Assembly (NCBI GenBank): GCA_036785375.1
Contig: JAWMAR010000025.1
Span: 8,742,001 to 8,806,000, forward strand
Source: Leucoraja ocellata
Taxonomy: Eukaryota
Length of the DNA: 64,000 nucleotides
Direction: 5' to 3'
Shown here: positions 37,600 through 51,106 of the stretch, piece after piece
How positions within the stretch are numbered: position 1 is the first letter of the stretch
Layout: the number at the start of each line of letters is the position of its first letter
Program-made: the position numbers and the translations under genes
Notes under the pieces: generated by a model
Told to the model about the DNA's origin: nothing
The model's database searches: none
What the model saw: only the letters and a program-made list of their open reading frames with translations

Positions 37600-39350
37600 T
37601 AGGAGCTTTCAGCCATTTGATCCTGCTCTGCAGTTCATTAAGATCATGGCTGCATTGTGCCCATGTCTTTTGATTACTTAATATCCATAAATAACACTTT
37701 TAAATGAAAGTAATGGCTGAATCTCTGCAACCATCCCAAATGGACAATTCAAAAAAATTCACTATCTTCTGAGTGAATAAACTCCTTCTCATCTCAGTCC
37801 TGGTTAACCCACCCATAATTGTGAGATTGTGACCCTTGGTTCTAGATTCCACTACCATGGGGAAAGATCTAGCCTGTTGTGCCCTATAAGAATTCCAATT
37901 TTAAAACGTCACATCTTAATAGACTGGGCATCATGGGCCAACTCATCATTGCTAGAACTGGAGTAGTGTACCTAGTAATCCAGGTTTAGTTTTACTCGTT
38001 TTCTATATGTTTGCAGTGATACCACTGTAATCCTATACTCAAAGCCATTTAGTAAAAAAGGGTCATATGCCATTTGCTTTCCTAATTGTATGCCTCATCT
38101 ACATGTTGGCATTTCGTGACTTGTGTTCTCAACTCTTTTCTGAACATCAACATCTGTCATTCAGTCACCTTTTTTGGTTTTGTATAAGTAACGTGAATTA
38201 CCTAAAAATAAATTCCACATTGTTTTTAATCAGCTATGCTCTCATTCAACCCATCTATAATCCTGCACCTATATTTGTACCATCATCTAGTTTGGAATTA
38301 TGATGTTTGGTTCCCTGCAGAAAGCCACTGATCACACCCTGCCAACCTGTTAAAGGCCAATTGATTCCCATTCTTTGCTTCCTGTGCATTAACCAATCTC
38401 ATTCATTAATGTTACATTACTCCCAATTCCATCTGCTTGCAGTCCAACTTTCTCTGGACCAACTAAAAGCCAACCGAAAATCTAAGTATATTATTCCTAT
38501 ATTATTCGACATCATCCCCCTTAGATTAACCAGTAGATTAGCCACAAATGATTTTCCTATCATAAATCAATTTTGACTCTTCTCGATCTTGCTCTTCTTT
38601 CTCAATGTTCTATTATTACTGGCTTCATTTTGATTCCAGTTTTCCAACAACTGACATTTAGGCTAACTGGTCATTAGTTCCCAGTTTTTCTCTCCTTCCT
38701 CAACTAGTGTAGTCGCATTTGCTGCTCTCCAATCCATGGGGGCCCTTCCAGAACCTGTAGAATTTTGAATGATGATAGCCAATGCATCGGAAAACTCTAT
38801 AGTTATGGTTTTCAAAACCATGGAATATAGATCATCCTTGTGGCTACTCGGCTTTCATTTACCATCAACTTCTCTAGTACTTTTGTTTTAACTAATGGCA
38901 ATTTGAATCAGTCCCTTGATTCTTTCTAACAATTAGGTTTGCATATGCTGTGAAGGCAGAAACTGTTTGTTTCACATTATAAGTTCTCTCTGTTAGGAAC
39001 ACACATTTTTACTTTCTAGCCTTTTCAGTTTTACATAGCTACTGAAGTTCTTGCTGTCAGTTTAGATGCTTCTCAGTAGTTTATACTATCTACCTTATCA
39101 GTTTACTGGCCAACCTTTGAGTTCTAAAATGCTTCCAATCTCTAGGCCTACTGCTATTCCTGGCTAATGTACAAGCCCTTTCCTGCGACAATACTATCTT
39201 TAATTTCTCCTGTTGGCCACAGACATTTCCTGTTGGGGTTTTGTGCATTGAAAGAATATCTGGATTTGACAAAAAAAAAATTAAATGCTCTCAATTATCT
39301 GTCTCCTGCTTTTTTTTTAAAGGAACTTTCCAAGCAACCACAATCACAAT
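37600..39350 (-). mobile_element. Old degenerate CR1-type LINE, antisense
   Basis: Scattered CR1 signatures (gacccttggttctagattcc; gccatttgctttcctaatt; aggctaactggtc...agttccc). Confidence 0.5.
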
Positions 39351-39521
39351 GCTGCTTATAACTTGGTAGTTTCCTCTGTTAGATTTAAGAAACTAATCTT
39401 GGATTTGTCTTTTAATTGGGTGTATGATAAGTAACCCATCTCTTTGTTGCTGCTAAAGCAAAAGTACATGTGGTAATTGTATCTTATAGTATCTAAAACT
39501 AATAACTTTATCCACGTACAG

Positions 39522-39572
39522 GCCATGGTAATTTCAGGATTGCATCCTGAAAAGAAGCTTGGTGGGCCAGAG
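39522..39572 (+). CDS. EPB41: EPB41 exon 17A homologue (muscle-type cassette, 17 aa)
   Basis: gtacag|AMVISGLHPEKKLGGPE|gtaaag; 51 nt, phase 0/0; same length and ...GGPE ending as mammalian 17A. Confidence 0.85.
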
Positions 39573-40126
39573 GTAAAGTGGTTACAATTGTCCTATGAAT
39601 GCTGATATTTTATTTGCTCAAGCAGATCCCATCAGCGCTGAGTTCTATTTTAGTTGCTAGACAAGAGACATCAGTTTTTCTATTCTTGCAGTTCCAAAAA
39701 CTAACTCTGAAGATTTCCCAATGCTACAGCTTTATGAATGCCTATTAAACAGTGCATGGCTGGTTAAAGGTTGCATGAAGTAATGACCATACTTTTTCCA
39801 AAATAAAAGCTACCAAAATGCAAGTGAATGCAAGTGTTTATAATATTTTACATTTTATTCTTGTTTTTCCTTTCCTCCTTTTTTTTCTAAAATGTCACTC
39901 TTGCTATCATTTTTTTTTTTTCAATTTTGAAGATCAAATTTAAATATCCACCTAGGAAAATCCCCGAAACCCAAGTCTTCACCACATTCTTTTGATATTT
40001 TTCCCTCATTTGCCACCTTTGTTCTATTTTCTCTTTGCACACCTTTTCTTTAAATTTCATACTTACTTTCCCATCTTGCATTTGTTCAATTCTTTTCTTT
40101 CTCTTGGTCTCCTGTCATAAAAGCAG

Positions 40127-40378
40127 ACAAAGAAAATGCCTCTGTTAGTACAGGAAGAAGATGAGGTAAAAGAAGAGCAGGAAACCACAGGGACTGCGCT
40201 TGCACAAGAAAGCAATGAAGACACTTCTCAAAAGGTTTCCATTCAGATGCCTGATGACAAAAGTAAAACAAAACCTTGTCACCCCTATTCAATTGCACTT
40301 CATCGCCCTGGTGTTTCCTTCATAATGTCACTCCTAATAATATTTGTGATGGCAGTCTGGTGGCTTATCTTTATATGA
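40127..40378 (+). CDS. Candidate extra EPB41 exon: cassette (ending 40165 or 40234) or terminal exon ending in a hydrophobic tail
   Basis: About 145-nt AG-free pyrimidine tract, then AAG CAG acceptor; phase-0 open frame, acidic (EEDEVKEEQE); reads to TGA at 40376-40378. Confidence 0.6.
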   Translation, partial: TKKMPLLVQEEDEVKEEQETTGTALAQESNEDTSQKVSIQMPDDKSKTKPCHPYSIALHRPGVSFIMSLLIIFVMAVWWLIFI

Positions 40379-42519
40379 CCAAGAAATGGTGCTGTAGCTG
40401 AAACCTTTCAAAACTTGTTCTTTTTTGAGCTGTACTTTTTTAAAATTCTACATTGTTCTGAAATTCCTCTCTTTTTAACAAAATCCTTGTCCAAATTGTT
40501 TTTCTTGTTTGTCATTTACTAAACTGTACTGACATGTTTATTTCTGTTACGCTGAATTGAATGAAATCATCAATGTTCTCCTCTCTTTCCTGTGAAGATA
40601 TCTATTTGTGTTTGTGCTATGGGATGCCATGTCATTTGTAACCAGTTTCAATACAACATTAATGAAGATGTTGCCATTTACATTTCACACTTTAAATCCC
40701 TTTCAAAGGTGGATTTAACCAAACTCTTGTTACTGAAGTAAAATAATTTGAAAGGTGGCACTCACATTTTCTGTATTTCTTTAAGAAATACAGCCAATTT
40801 TGAATGTTTTTCTTTGATCTGGTTTTAAAATTGACACTTATCTACTGGTGCTATGCTGTGAACCAATGATTGTATATTAAAAATGTCTATAGCAAAGTAT
40901 AATATTTAGCATTAATGGCAGAAAGATACTACTTTCAGCTTCAGTTAATTAAGGACAGGTGAACTGCAAAAATATTCTAACATCTCTATCTAGAATGTTG
41001 TATTTAAGGACAGAATAGTTGATAAATTACTATATTAGTATTTGCAGCACATCAATATTTCAAAAATACTACAGTTTCCATTAGGAATAAAGATAGTATT
41101 AAGACATATTCAAATTTAAAACAAAATTTTAATTGCAAGAGTTTACATTTAATTGTGAGTGGATAGCCAAGTGCACTAAGACAGATACAGTAAGAGTATT
41201 ATTCAGTCAGGTGTAAATTTTCTTATGCTTTTAAGTAAAGGAGTTCACGATTAAAGCAGTTTAATTTTGTTATAAAGTTTGCTGTGCATTTCGTGGTAAA
41301 CCCAAGAAAATGTAATGAGACCTCAGTTGCCATTTTAGATTGATGAATCGCCAGGGCCTATTTTTTTCTTTTTCTGGCATACCTCAAGTTTGTACTCTAG
41401 GCAGAAGAAATCAGTCTAAAACTCTTTGTGTGTGTCATGTGTGGCAAGTTTGTTTCAGGTATATAATATGTACACAGAGACCAGTAGTCACGTGCAATGA
41501 TTAAACAGCGTGCAAGACCCATGGTGTATATCTAATATAGCCATTGCCTTGATCTTCATATGATCATTGTTATTAGGCATAAGTATTATTGTGAGAGGAG
41601 CTTTGTGTGTATGGACGAGACTACCTGCATACGGCCTGTGTAAGTTGCCTCTTGACATGCAGAAAATGTCTAAGCTAGGATGTTGTTTCTGCCTGCAAGT
41701 ATAAAGCTATGATACATGCACCATGATATCAGCAATTTGATGCTTTTGTGAATTAGCATAACATGGGTAATGGCATGCCTGAGGAATTCAAGGCTATATT
41801 TATGTTCATTTATCCAAATGATTTAGCCTTGGTATGAGATCAGTGTTTGCTACTATCAAGGTCAAGTGCATAACAAGTCCTGAATAAAATGAAAAGGAGA
41901 CTGATCTTTTACCACAGTTATCAGAGTTTTTTGGACAAAATTTGAATTAATATGTAGGCTTATATAATGTTGAAATTATTACAAATGAAAGAATAGAACT
42001 ATCGGGAATCTAGATAGATTTTAAAAAGCAAGAAGGGCCAGAAAAAATGGTGAATAGAATTTTGTTTAATGTATGGGCAATTAATTTTCTATTAATAGAA
42101 AAAAATGTGCCTTGGTTGCATTCATCAGCACTTCTAGGAATTTCAAAATATATTAGAACCATGTTCTGTAAGAGTTCAGGAAAACAATGCCAGAAATTAG
42201 AAATCATAGTTTTGAGGGAAAAGGTTAAATTGATTTGTTTTTTTCATCTGAAAAAATTAAGTTAAAATTAAATCTTAAGTTATACAAAGTTATTATTTCT
42301 ATTTTGTTGGAAAATTGGTAAAGGGTGAATATAGAATCAAGATTAAAGTTGGGAGGTTGTTAAAAGAATATATGTCCAACTGGAATCTTGTTTCAGCAAA
42401 AGATTTTTCCTTTGTAAAATGTAGGAGGATTTTGTGCAAAGTAGGCAATGGATTAAAGGTATGTAATTGAGGAACTTGGAGCTGTACAACTTAGAAAAAT
42501 ACCTGCTGAATCTCTTAAA

Positions 42520-43015
42520 CTCAGTTCAGTTTCATTTATTGTCAAATGTACCGAGGTACAGTGAAAAGCCTTTGTGTGTGAACTAGTCAGCGGAAAGACA
42601 ATGCGTGATTACAATCGAGCCATTCACAGTGTGCAGATACATGATAAGGCATAACGTTTTGTGCAAGATAAAGTCAGCAAAGTCCAATCAAAGATAGTCC
42701 GAGCGGCAGATAGTAGTTTAAGATTGCTCTCTAGTTTTGGTAGGATGGTTCAGTTTCCTGATAACAGCTGGGAAGAAACTGTCCCTGAACCTGGAGGTGT
42801 GCATTTTCACACTTCTATATATTTGTCCCCATGGGAGAAGAGGGAGTGGCCAGGGTGCGACTCGTCTTTGCCATGGCAGCGTGAGGTGTAAATGGAGTCA
42901 AATGGAAGGGAGGTTAGTTTGTGTGATGGTCTGGGCAGCATCCACAATTTGCTGATATTTCTTGTGGTCGTGGATGGAGTTGTTCCCAAACCAAGCTGCG
43001 ATGTTTCCCGATAAA
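42520..43015 (-). mobile_element. Rex1/Babar-like LINE 3' fragment
   Basis: tttattgtca tail; ataacagctgggaagaaactgtcc (minus: DSFFPAVI); IYTSRC motif. Confidence 0.7.
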
Positions 43016-45564
43016 TTGTAAATTCTACCAGTCAATCAATAGCTTGCATTTTCCTCCTCTAAGTAATACAAAGTGAAATTCCAGGAAAAGGGCTGCAAAT
43101 TTGTAATAGGATTATTCCAAAAGTATTTAGTGATAATGTAAATGCCTAATGGTTCGTATGAAATCTGTTTGGCTCTTATAGAATGTCAAGTGTATTGTCA
43201 TCTTGTTTATTCACTTTTTAGGGTCTGCGCACGTTAACCACATTTGATTTTTTTTTTTCTATTGCAAATCTCAAATTGTGGAGTTCAGAGGCAAATAAAT
43301 AAATAAATGATGGGTCTTTGTCCCAAACATTATGGAGGGCACTGTCCCTCATCATATTTTTTCCTTATCTTTGTCTGCATCAGTCAAAATGATATATACA
43401 GTTAAATAAGTGTTGTAGAACACAACCAGATCACAAATTGGACATAATAATAGAACTAAAAGATAAGACGTAATAAATTAAACAAAAGGCCTGTCAGTTA
43501 AAAATCCAACATGCTCGAGTTCCTCTATTCCTTTGCAATGATAAACTGTCCATATTATTTCAGCAGCATCACAGAATTCTTAGAAATGGAGAGAAAATAA
43601 ATCTACCCTTCCAATACACAGTTCAATTACATCCTGCCATGATAATTTTTCACTTGGATCCATGCTTAAACTTTTTCTTGGATGAGATGGGAGAGAAACC
43701 TAAACAGAGGGGTTAATTATTTATAAAACCCACAACCGTCAACAAAACATACGAGTGCAGTAAGCCAGTATAACATTTCTTCTAATAAGCAAAATGAAGC
43801 TAAGAAAGGAAATAATCTATAATTGTGGCAATATTCTTACAGCAATATTGTAGTGAAGTAGCACTAGTTTATGTACTTCAGCCTTTTAATTGAAGTCACA
43901 GAAGTTGCTCTTCCTGCTAAGCACCTACAAGTCGATCAAAAGTGAAGATACCATTTTACTCCGTAGCAGCAGTAACTGCAAATATTATGGTACTTGATTT
44001 TGGAAATATCTTGTGCAAGATGATGGATTAGAATTTGTTACTTGAAACTAAATGGTTGATATTAATATAGCTTACATAAATAGCATCTGTAAGAAGAGGC
44101 ACAAATTTGGGATAGCTTTGTCTTCAAATGTCGAACTGATGTGCCAAAGGTAAATGTATGTAGCATCTAAACAAATAGCATGTAAATAATATGTAAAACA
44201 GAGTAAGTTATCTTAAAAGAACCCAGCTGATAAGTTCACATCAGCAGTCATTGAAGTTTGGTCAGATTATTGGAAGTCCCAAGTCGGTAGAATTGGGTGT
44301 GCAATGTTCAGGATGGAAACTGGAAGCTCTCTGATGATACTCGTCTGCAGAAAAGTTATTCAAATAAAGGTGTTCCTTTGGACTTTCACGTTGATGAGCA
44401 GGTGCTTCACAGTTGCATCTCAGGTGGCTGTGAAATACAGATTGCAAATTGAATTGTTGTGAGTGTGGTGGTGTAAAACAGGCAGCTGTGTATAAATATT
44501 TTTAGCTGTTGTAACGTACAGGGCAAGGTTTTTGCACTGGGGTGGGGGAGAGCAATTGGTTTGTGGGGGAAATTATATTAGGAGGCAATCGTGAACTGTA
44601 AAAGCAACGTTTGGAAACAAATTGTAACATTAAACCAGATACTTCAATTGTCAATCTGAAAGAAAATCAAAAGTTCAATCTAAAGTTTAGTTTAATAATT
44701 TATTTTTATACACATAGTTTGAACTTTAACTGAGTATCGTCAGATAGTGTAGATAGCATGTGTTCCTTTAATGAGTTGTAGTGCTTCCTCAAAGTTTGAG
44801 AGAGTTCTGAGTCTAGCTGACAGCATTGTAAAATGATAAGACATTAAAAACTTCCAATTTTTTTTAATGAAGTTATCTTCATTGTAAATTAGATTGATTT
44901 AAAAATTCCATTTGGTATAACTTGTTGTTTTTGCTTACCTGATGAAATCAAATGATAAATACAGAGTAACTGTAAATTGTACTGAGGCGATGATCTAGAT
45001 GTGAATAATTGAGGTTACCACAGTGGAATTCTTCCCTCAAGTAGTTCCTGCAAACAACTTTCCAGAATCTATCAAATTGATTTAAATCATTGGCAGTACA
45101 TATTATCTCTCAGAACAAGAACTAAATATAATGAACCCTTGCAGTAGAACTTTGTATATTCCTGAATCTCTCTTGTACATGTGTAAGGAAAATAAACACG
45201 TTGTTAAAACTAGATCTGCCGACTTATTGTTTTATTTTGAACTGTGCTAATAGATCAGCACTTTGCTTTCTAATTGGCTTTGTTGCATGTTAACCATAAT
45301 GCATTACAGAAATTTATTAAAATTGGCAAACCAATATATTGAGAGAATAATGTAAATACTTTAACGAATTGTGTGATTCAAATGACCTCAACCGTCAGAA
45401 AATCTACAGATTTCCTAGGATTATGTGTTGTGTAATCACTATAATTTAGGACATGATGAGATTAGAGTTGGTATTTTATTTTGCAAATGGAAGTTTAGTC
45501 AATTTTATGCTTTTATTTTAAGACTAATCCAAAAATTGGTTGTAAGGAAATTGAATAGAAAGTA

Positions 45565-45624
45565 TAGTGTAATATTAGATGTTTGGACTTTGATTAGTGT
45601 AATATTAGATGATTGGACTTTGAT
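45565..45624. repeat. 30-bp tandem duplication (2 copies, 1 mismatch)
   Basis: TAGTGTAATATTAGATG(T/A)TTGGACTTTGAT x2. Confidence 0.9.
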
Positions 45625-46516
45625 TATTAAAAAATCAACAAGGGATTTGGACTTAATATAAACTACCAGTGAATTGTGAAGTTTGAATACGTCAAATATT
45701 TTCTAATTTTAATGAATATTCTATTTATTGTGTTCATTTGCCTTATTATGTTCGGGTGTTTTGTGGTTAGTTGAGGATTGTACAGTCGGCAAGCATCTGC
45801 ACATTAGTTAAGATGATTGCAATTTGATATTGAGTTACTCAAACCTTGTTCTTTAAACTGAAGGGTGCGATGATATGAATGCTTTATCGAAAAGAGATGC
45901 AATGTGTATATAGCCCTGTTTCCGAAGATGGTCTACACTTAAAATAAATAATTATGTTGGATTAAAGAAATTTGAGGTGCACAGAAAATATGGTAGTAAG
46001 CCTTCCTGATTACAATTTTATTAATTTTAACTTGTACACAACCAGATTGACAAAGCAAAGTTGGTAATAGCTGCAGTGTAGGAAATGGAGGGCAGTACAT
46101 GCAACGGAGGACACAGAAGGCTGCAGTTCACATTTTGAATGTGAAAGAGCTTTGTCTTTGTGTTGTTGGCCAATGAATTATTATTTTAAAGACACTTTAA
46201 ACTGCAGATGCCGGAATCTTGAGCAAACAAAAAAAATGTGCTGGAGGAACACAGTGGGTCAGGCAGCATATGTGGAGGGAAATGGACAGACATTTTGTGT
46301 CGGTACCCTCCTTCAGTCTGAAACGTCGTCTGTCTGTTGTCGTCCATAGATGCTGCCTGTGCAGCATCTGTGTTTGTTAAGCACTTTTTCTTTAAACCAT
46401 TACTTTGTTTAGTAGTTCCTATTGTAAAATGAATGCTTATTCATGATATAAAAATCAAAAAAGTGACTTTGGAGATTGAAAGCTAGGTTTTAGAAAAAGG
46501 GGATTAGTGTAGTTAA

Positions 46517-46615
46517 AGTCTGAAGAAGGGTCTCGACCCGAAAAGTCACCCATTCTTTCTCTCCAGAGATGCTGCCTGGCCTGCTGAGTTACTCCAGCAT
46601 TTTGTGTCTATCTTT
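46517..46615 (+). mobile_element. Penelope-like short repeat, sense orientation, hammerhead core with altered stem III
   Basis: CTGAAGA-A-GGGT-CTCG-ACCC-GAAA-AG-TC, then agatgctgcc...gctgagttactccagcattttgtgtcta. Related degenerate copies at about 1710-1972, 3700-3790, 13370-13555, 22392-22545, 24685-24775, 26595-26650, 28328-28536, 46198-46378, 53615-53790 and 56650-56757. Confidence 0.7.
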
Positions 46616-49600
46616 AATATAGTGAAAGACCTATATTAAATGAGATTTAATAATTTAATTAAAAATGGCACACTAAACAAATTGTGTTTTTGTTTACATG
46701 TGTATGCTTGTTCATTCCTGATTACGATTTTGCGTTTTACTGTACTTGTTACCCTGGAATGGTGCACATACAGTAGTTAACTTGAATCTTTAAGCTCTGA
46801 ATAATGTGATCACATTCTCTAATGAAGAATTTGTTAATGCCAATTATCAAAGCCAAATTAGTTTTGAGAGTATTTATTTTGAATATTCTTTGTGTTGCTA
46901 ATAATGTCAAGCCAACTTTTGCAATAGCCAGTTTAGTTCCATAGAAATTGGTTGCCATGGATATGAACCTTAGATCTGCCAAAGTCCGCTGCAGCATTAA
47001 AATCTAAACTATGGATTGTTGTTTTGATTATTTTAACTTTTAATTTTGGTCAAGTTTGCCAACATTAAATGCATTAAATATTGATGTTGCTCTTATAATA
47101 ATACTTTGGAAGACTTTACATTAAACTTTGGCCCATTTACAACGAGACATATTGTCAAGTTTCAGAGCATTTGTGTATAATGTAAAACAAGTTCTATAAT
47201 GTGTGAGCATGATTAAAAGCTTTTCTCATACAATCCTTATTTACTTTGCATTAGGATGCATTGAATACAACTTTTTTGCACTCAGCTGCAACGTGTTAAA
47301 TTATTTACTATCTTTCTTGCAATAAAATGTTGCTGATATTTTGATCCTGGTTGTGCTAAAAAGGCTCTGCTGCCAAACATCATTCTGGTTCAAAAACTAA
47401 TGCAAAATTATGATCTGCTATCTTATGTTGGCCATATTTGCTTGTACTTCAAATTCGCTTGTTACTGTAAAGGATAAGCTCAAAATAGTTTATCTTAAAA
47501 ATTGTTCATGAAGTAGGATTTATCCCTGCTCCTAATTAAAACCTTATTTAAACTTAGGAACATTTCATGAATAAAATTAACAGTTTCATTCTGAAATTTC
47601 CTTAGTGTCTAAAAGTATTTTACAATATAACAGTACCTGGACCATCTACAATGATCTTTTTGGAAGTGAAATTGAATTTGGTTTCCTGGACCCCTGATTT
47701 CACATGATCAATGTTGACCCCCCCCCCCCGGACACTTATTTTCAAATCGTTTGCTATGCCGCTGTTCAAGGGAGATGCTAAATGCATTTCGTTGTCTCTG
47801 TACTGTACACTGACAATGACAATTAAATTGAATCTGAATCTGAATTATGTATGGGGTTGGAGACTGTTTTAGTCTACAAATCAGGTCTGTAATTCATATT
47901 GCGTATTTATTGTTCAGTATATAACATTTATTACTAACATTTATTAAAATCACATGATTATGGAATTGACGAGGTAGAAATCTGCTGTCTCCCCTTGCTC
48001 CTGTGATATAGTAATGTGTGCATTGTTCTGCACATTAGAAGTTGATGGTCAGTAAATTTTGGAACCCCAGTGCTTGAGAGCATTGGTTTTGTAGCTTCTG
48101 CAAATGGCGCTCATATCTTGTGGCACTAATGGTGATTCAGACTGAAGAGGTGCAACATTCTTGCCGTGACTTTTAATAATTAAAACATTGAAGAGAAAGA
48201 AGGAGGTTGTTTGTGTTGTATAAGGAATGTCCAGATTGCATTGCTAATGTGAATGGCATCTTGTTGATTAAGTTAATTGTCTTTGTGGTTGGTCTTCCTT
48301 TTTTGGACAAAAGGTGAGTTTCATCACCATTCTACTTAATGATATCTAATTAAGCACTTGAGTCATTCCTACTCTGTACATTCACTGTGTTGCACAACCA
48401 ACAGGTGAAACTACAATAGTTACTGGTGAGTGAATCGTAATACTATGCGCAACGCAGTTTACTTTTTATTTTGATGGCTTTCCCTGACACATTGCTTATT
48501 TGTATCTGTTATAGCTAATGATTCGTGTTTGCTTGGAATGGACAAATATCCTTGTCTTGACCTACTTAGGCAGCTCTTCTACATTGTTTAAATTTTACTT
48601 ATTCATTAACTTGTGGAAAACTGTATGGCAAAGTTTTCGTTGGCAGCGTGAACTTCTATGCAAATGCATTTTACTGAATTTTTAATGGTAGATTAGATTG
48701 CGGTTCACTATCATTTTAAAATTTAGTTTGGGATTTGGCAATATTATGTTAGGAGTACAATTTAAAGTAACTGTGGTCTGGAGCAGTTACTCTAGGGCAT
48801 CAGATAACCTCTGTTTCCTTTCACCATCAGATTTTAGTGGGGCAAGAAATGGCACGTAGTTACTTTAGCAAAACTGCAGTCTACGTAGGTCAAGGAAGAG
48901 CCTCTAATTTGCTTTGGTACAATTTATTTTCCTTTCCCACTGAATTTAAACAAAATGACAAAGTAATGTCATGCGGCATCACCTTTTGCTTGTTTTCTGC
49001 TGACCAAATAGCTGGTGCACACGCTAATCTTATTTTGAGGCCTTTACTTTGGTTGAAGCATTTATAATTGTTTACAAGATCGACGAAGAACTTATTCCAA
49101 GAGGGGTTAAAATACTTGTGAAAAATGGAGGGTGTCCATCTGAATGATGAATTCATGGAACATTGTGGCTCTTTGGTAATACTTTGGAAGACTTTTACAT
49201 TAAACTTTGGCCCAAAACCCACTGTCCAAGTTCTGAGCATCTGTGTATAATGTAAAACAAGTTTATTTTCCAGGCCAAAATAATGTCATAATGTCATAAT
49301 CACTTTTCTTGACCTGTTGGATGAGAGATTTTGTACAGCTGGTCTGAGCAGATGCAACCCTTTTAAATTATATCTAAGACACAGCACTATATTGGGAACA
49401 AGAAAGGCCTAGGTGAACGCGAGGCAAAAAAATAATTGCTGTAAGCTGTTATACACACATTTTTAAAAGTAGGAAATTAATAATTTTTAAAATTCACAAA
49501 CTATCTTTTACCCTCTGTTAATAGTATAATATTGTGAAATCTACAATTTAAGGTATTTAATTCATCAAATATTAGCTTTACAGTTGTTATTTATATATTT

Positions 49601-51106
49601 TTTTTAAACACTCAAACAAGTTAAAGGTTTCTGTGAGATGTGAGAAGCTTTTTACTCTGGAACAGTGAATTTGAAACAGATGGAAATGCCCATCTGCTAC
49701 TTGTTTTATTGGTCATTTTCCATTTTACTGTTGACTTAAACACTGCTTGTTGAATCTATTATAACAGTATTGGAGAACCAATTAATCTCAGGTCATTGCA
49801 GGATAATATTTTTGATAAACCATTAAGGCTAATAATGCATTTTTGTCTTTTGGATGCCAAATATTCCACTTTTATTCATGGATGGTTCATAACTTTGTAA
49901 TTGGTTCCTATCTTTTCATTTGAGATTAATTTGATGTCGAAACACACTCTGTTTTCTTAAAGAAAACTTCACTTAACATTGATTACAATCAGGGTCCGAT
50001 ATCCTGAAATGAATAATCGTGATACCTAAAATTCATCTTATTTTATAGGTTAAGAACATCTATTATCTCTCGACTTTGTTTTTGTTCTCGTCCCTCACGA
50101 TCATTCAAGATCTCATTTGAATAAGCCCCACACAATCTACCTCATAATATTTGAAACTAACAGTAGCTATGTTAGGTTGCTACTTGTTATTTTGCAATTG
50201 CTTTCTTTATTGCCGTAAAGACGTACAGACCTACCTCATGGGTTTGAAAATTGACGATGAATTTTTGTGTTTGATATTTTGTTGCCTACAGTGTGATCAA
50301 TGGAGTCATGACATATTCATCTTTCTGGTCTTTCAAAAATAGATTTGATGGGCACCCAAGTATTTTAAACCCTGTTAAGGTGTCTCTTTGCCCAGTTGAT
50401 TACTTAATTATGCAGTTTATTTTATTTTCTGCAACAGGTTTGTAATTGATTCATATTTCAGAGCATGCTGCTTGTCACATGGATGTACATAACAAGGCTG
50501 CAATAACCCTCTATCAGTAAATATCACTTCTGTATCTCTAATGTTTAAGATCGACAAAATTGTAACCACTTCAGACAAACTGATTTAAGAATAGGACCTT
50601 GGTAAATGGGTTAGTTCAGCAAATTAAATACTTAACATTCACACACCTTGTTAAGTCTGGAAATCTTGGGGGGGGAAAAGGGATAATGAAGCTTAAATAT
50701 TTTGACAGGTTTATCCATCTGTTTTTGAATCTTATTTTTAAAGAATAGAGCTTTGGAGAAGGGTTAGATTAAAGGACTTCTAGGTAGCATGTTCTTAAAT
50801 ATCTATTAATTTGTTTAACGTTTCACAATTTGCGACTATAAATTAAGTATTGGTTTAAGCTAAAAACAATGCTCTGTTGTATTAACAAAGTAGCATTCTG
50901 ATTCCATTATCTGTTTTAAAACATTCCCTTATTGCATGAAGCAACTATGTCTTGCAAATGAAGGAAAGCAATTCGAACGCACGCCTTGTTTATGTTTTAC
51001 TATCATTTTAATCCTTAAATTCAATCTTTGTCTGATGTCTAACTTACCTTATTACTCTCTCTTCTCTTTCTTTCCTTTTCTCTATTCTTTCCTATTAACT
51101 GTCTAG

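Noticed and set aside
39956-40120. 54-codon hydrophobic frame after cctag (ENPRNPSLHHILLIFFPHLPPLFYFLF...), loosely like the hydrophobic exon of 4.1B
   Set aside because: T/C-rich sequence gives F/L/S/P codons automatically; the 4.1B segment lies before the SAB, not after it; better explained as the pyrimidine tract of the 40127 acceptor.
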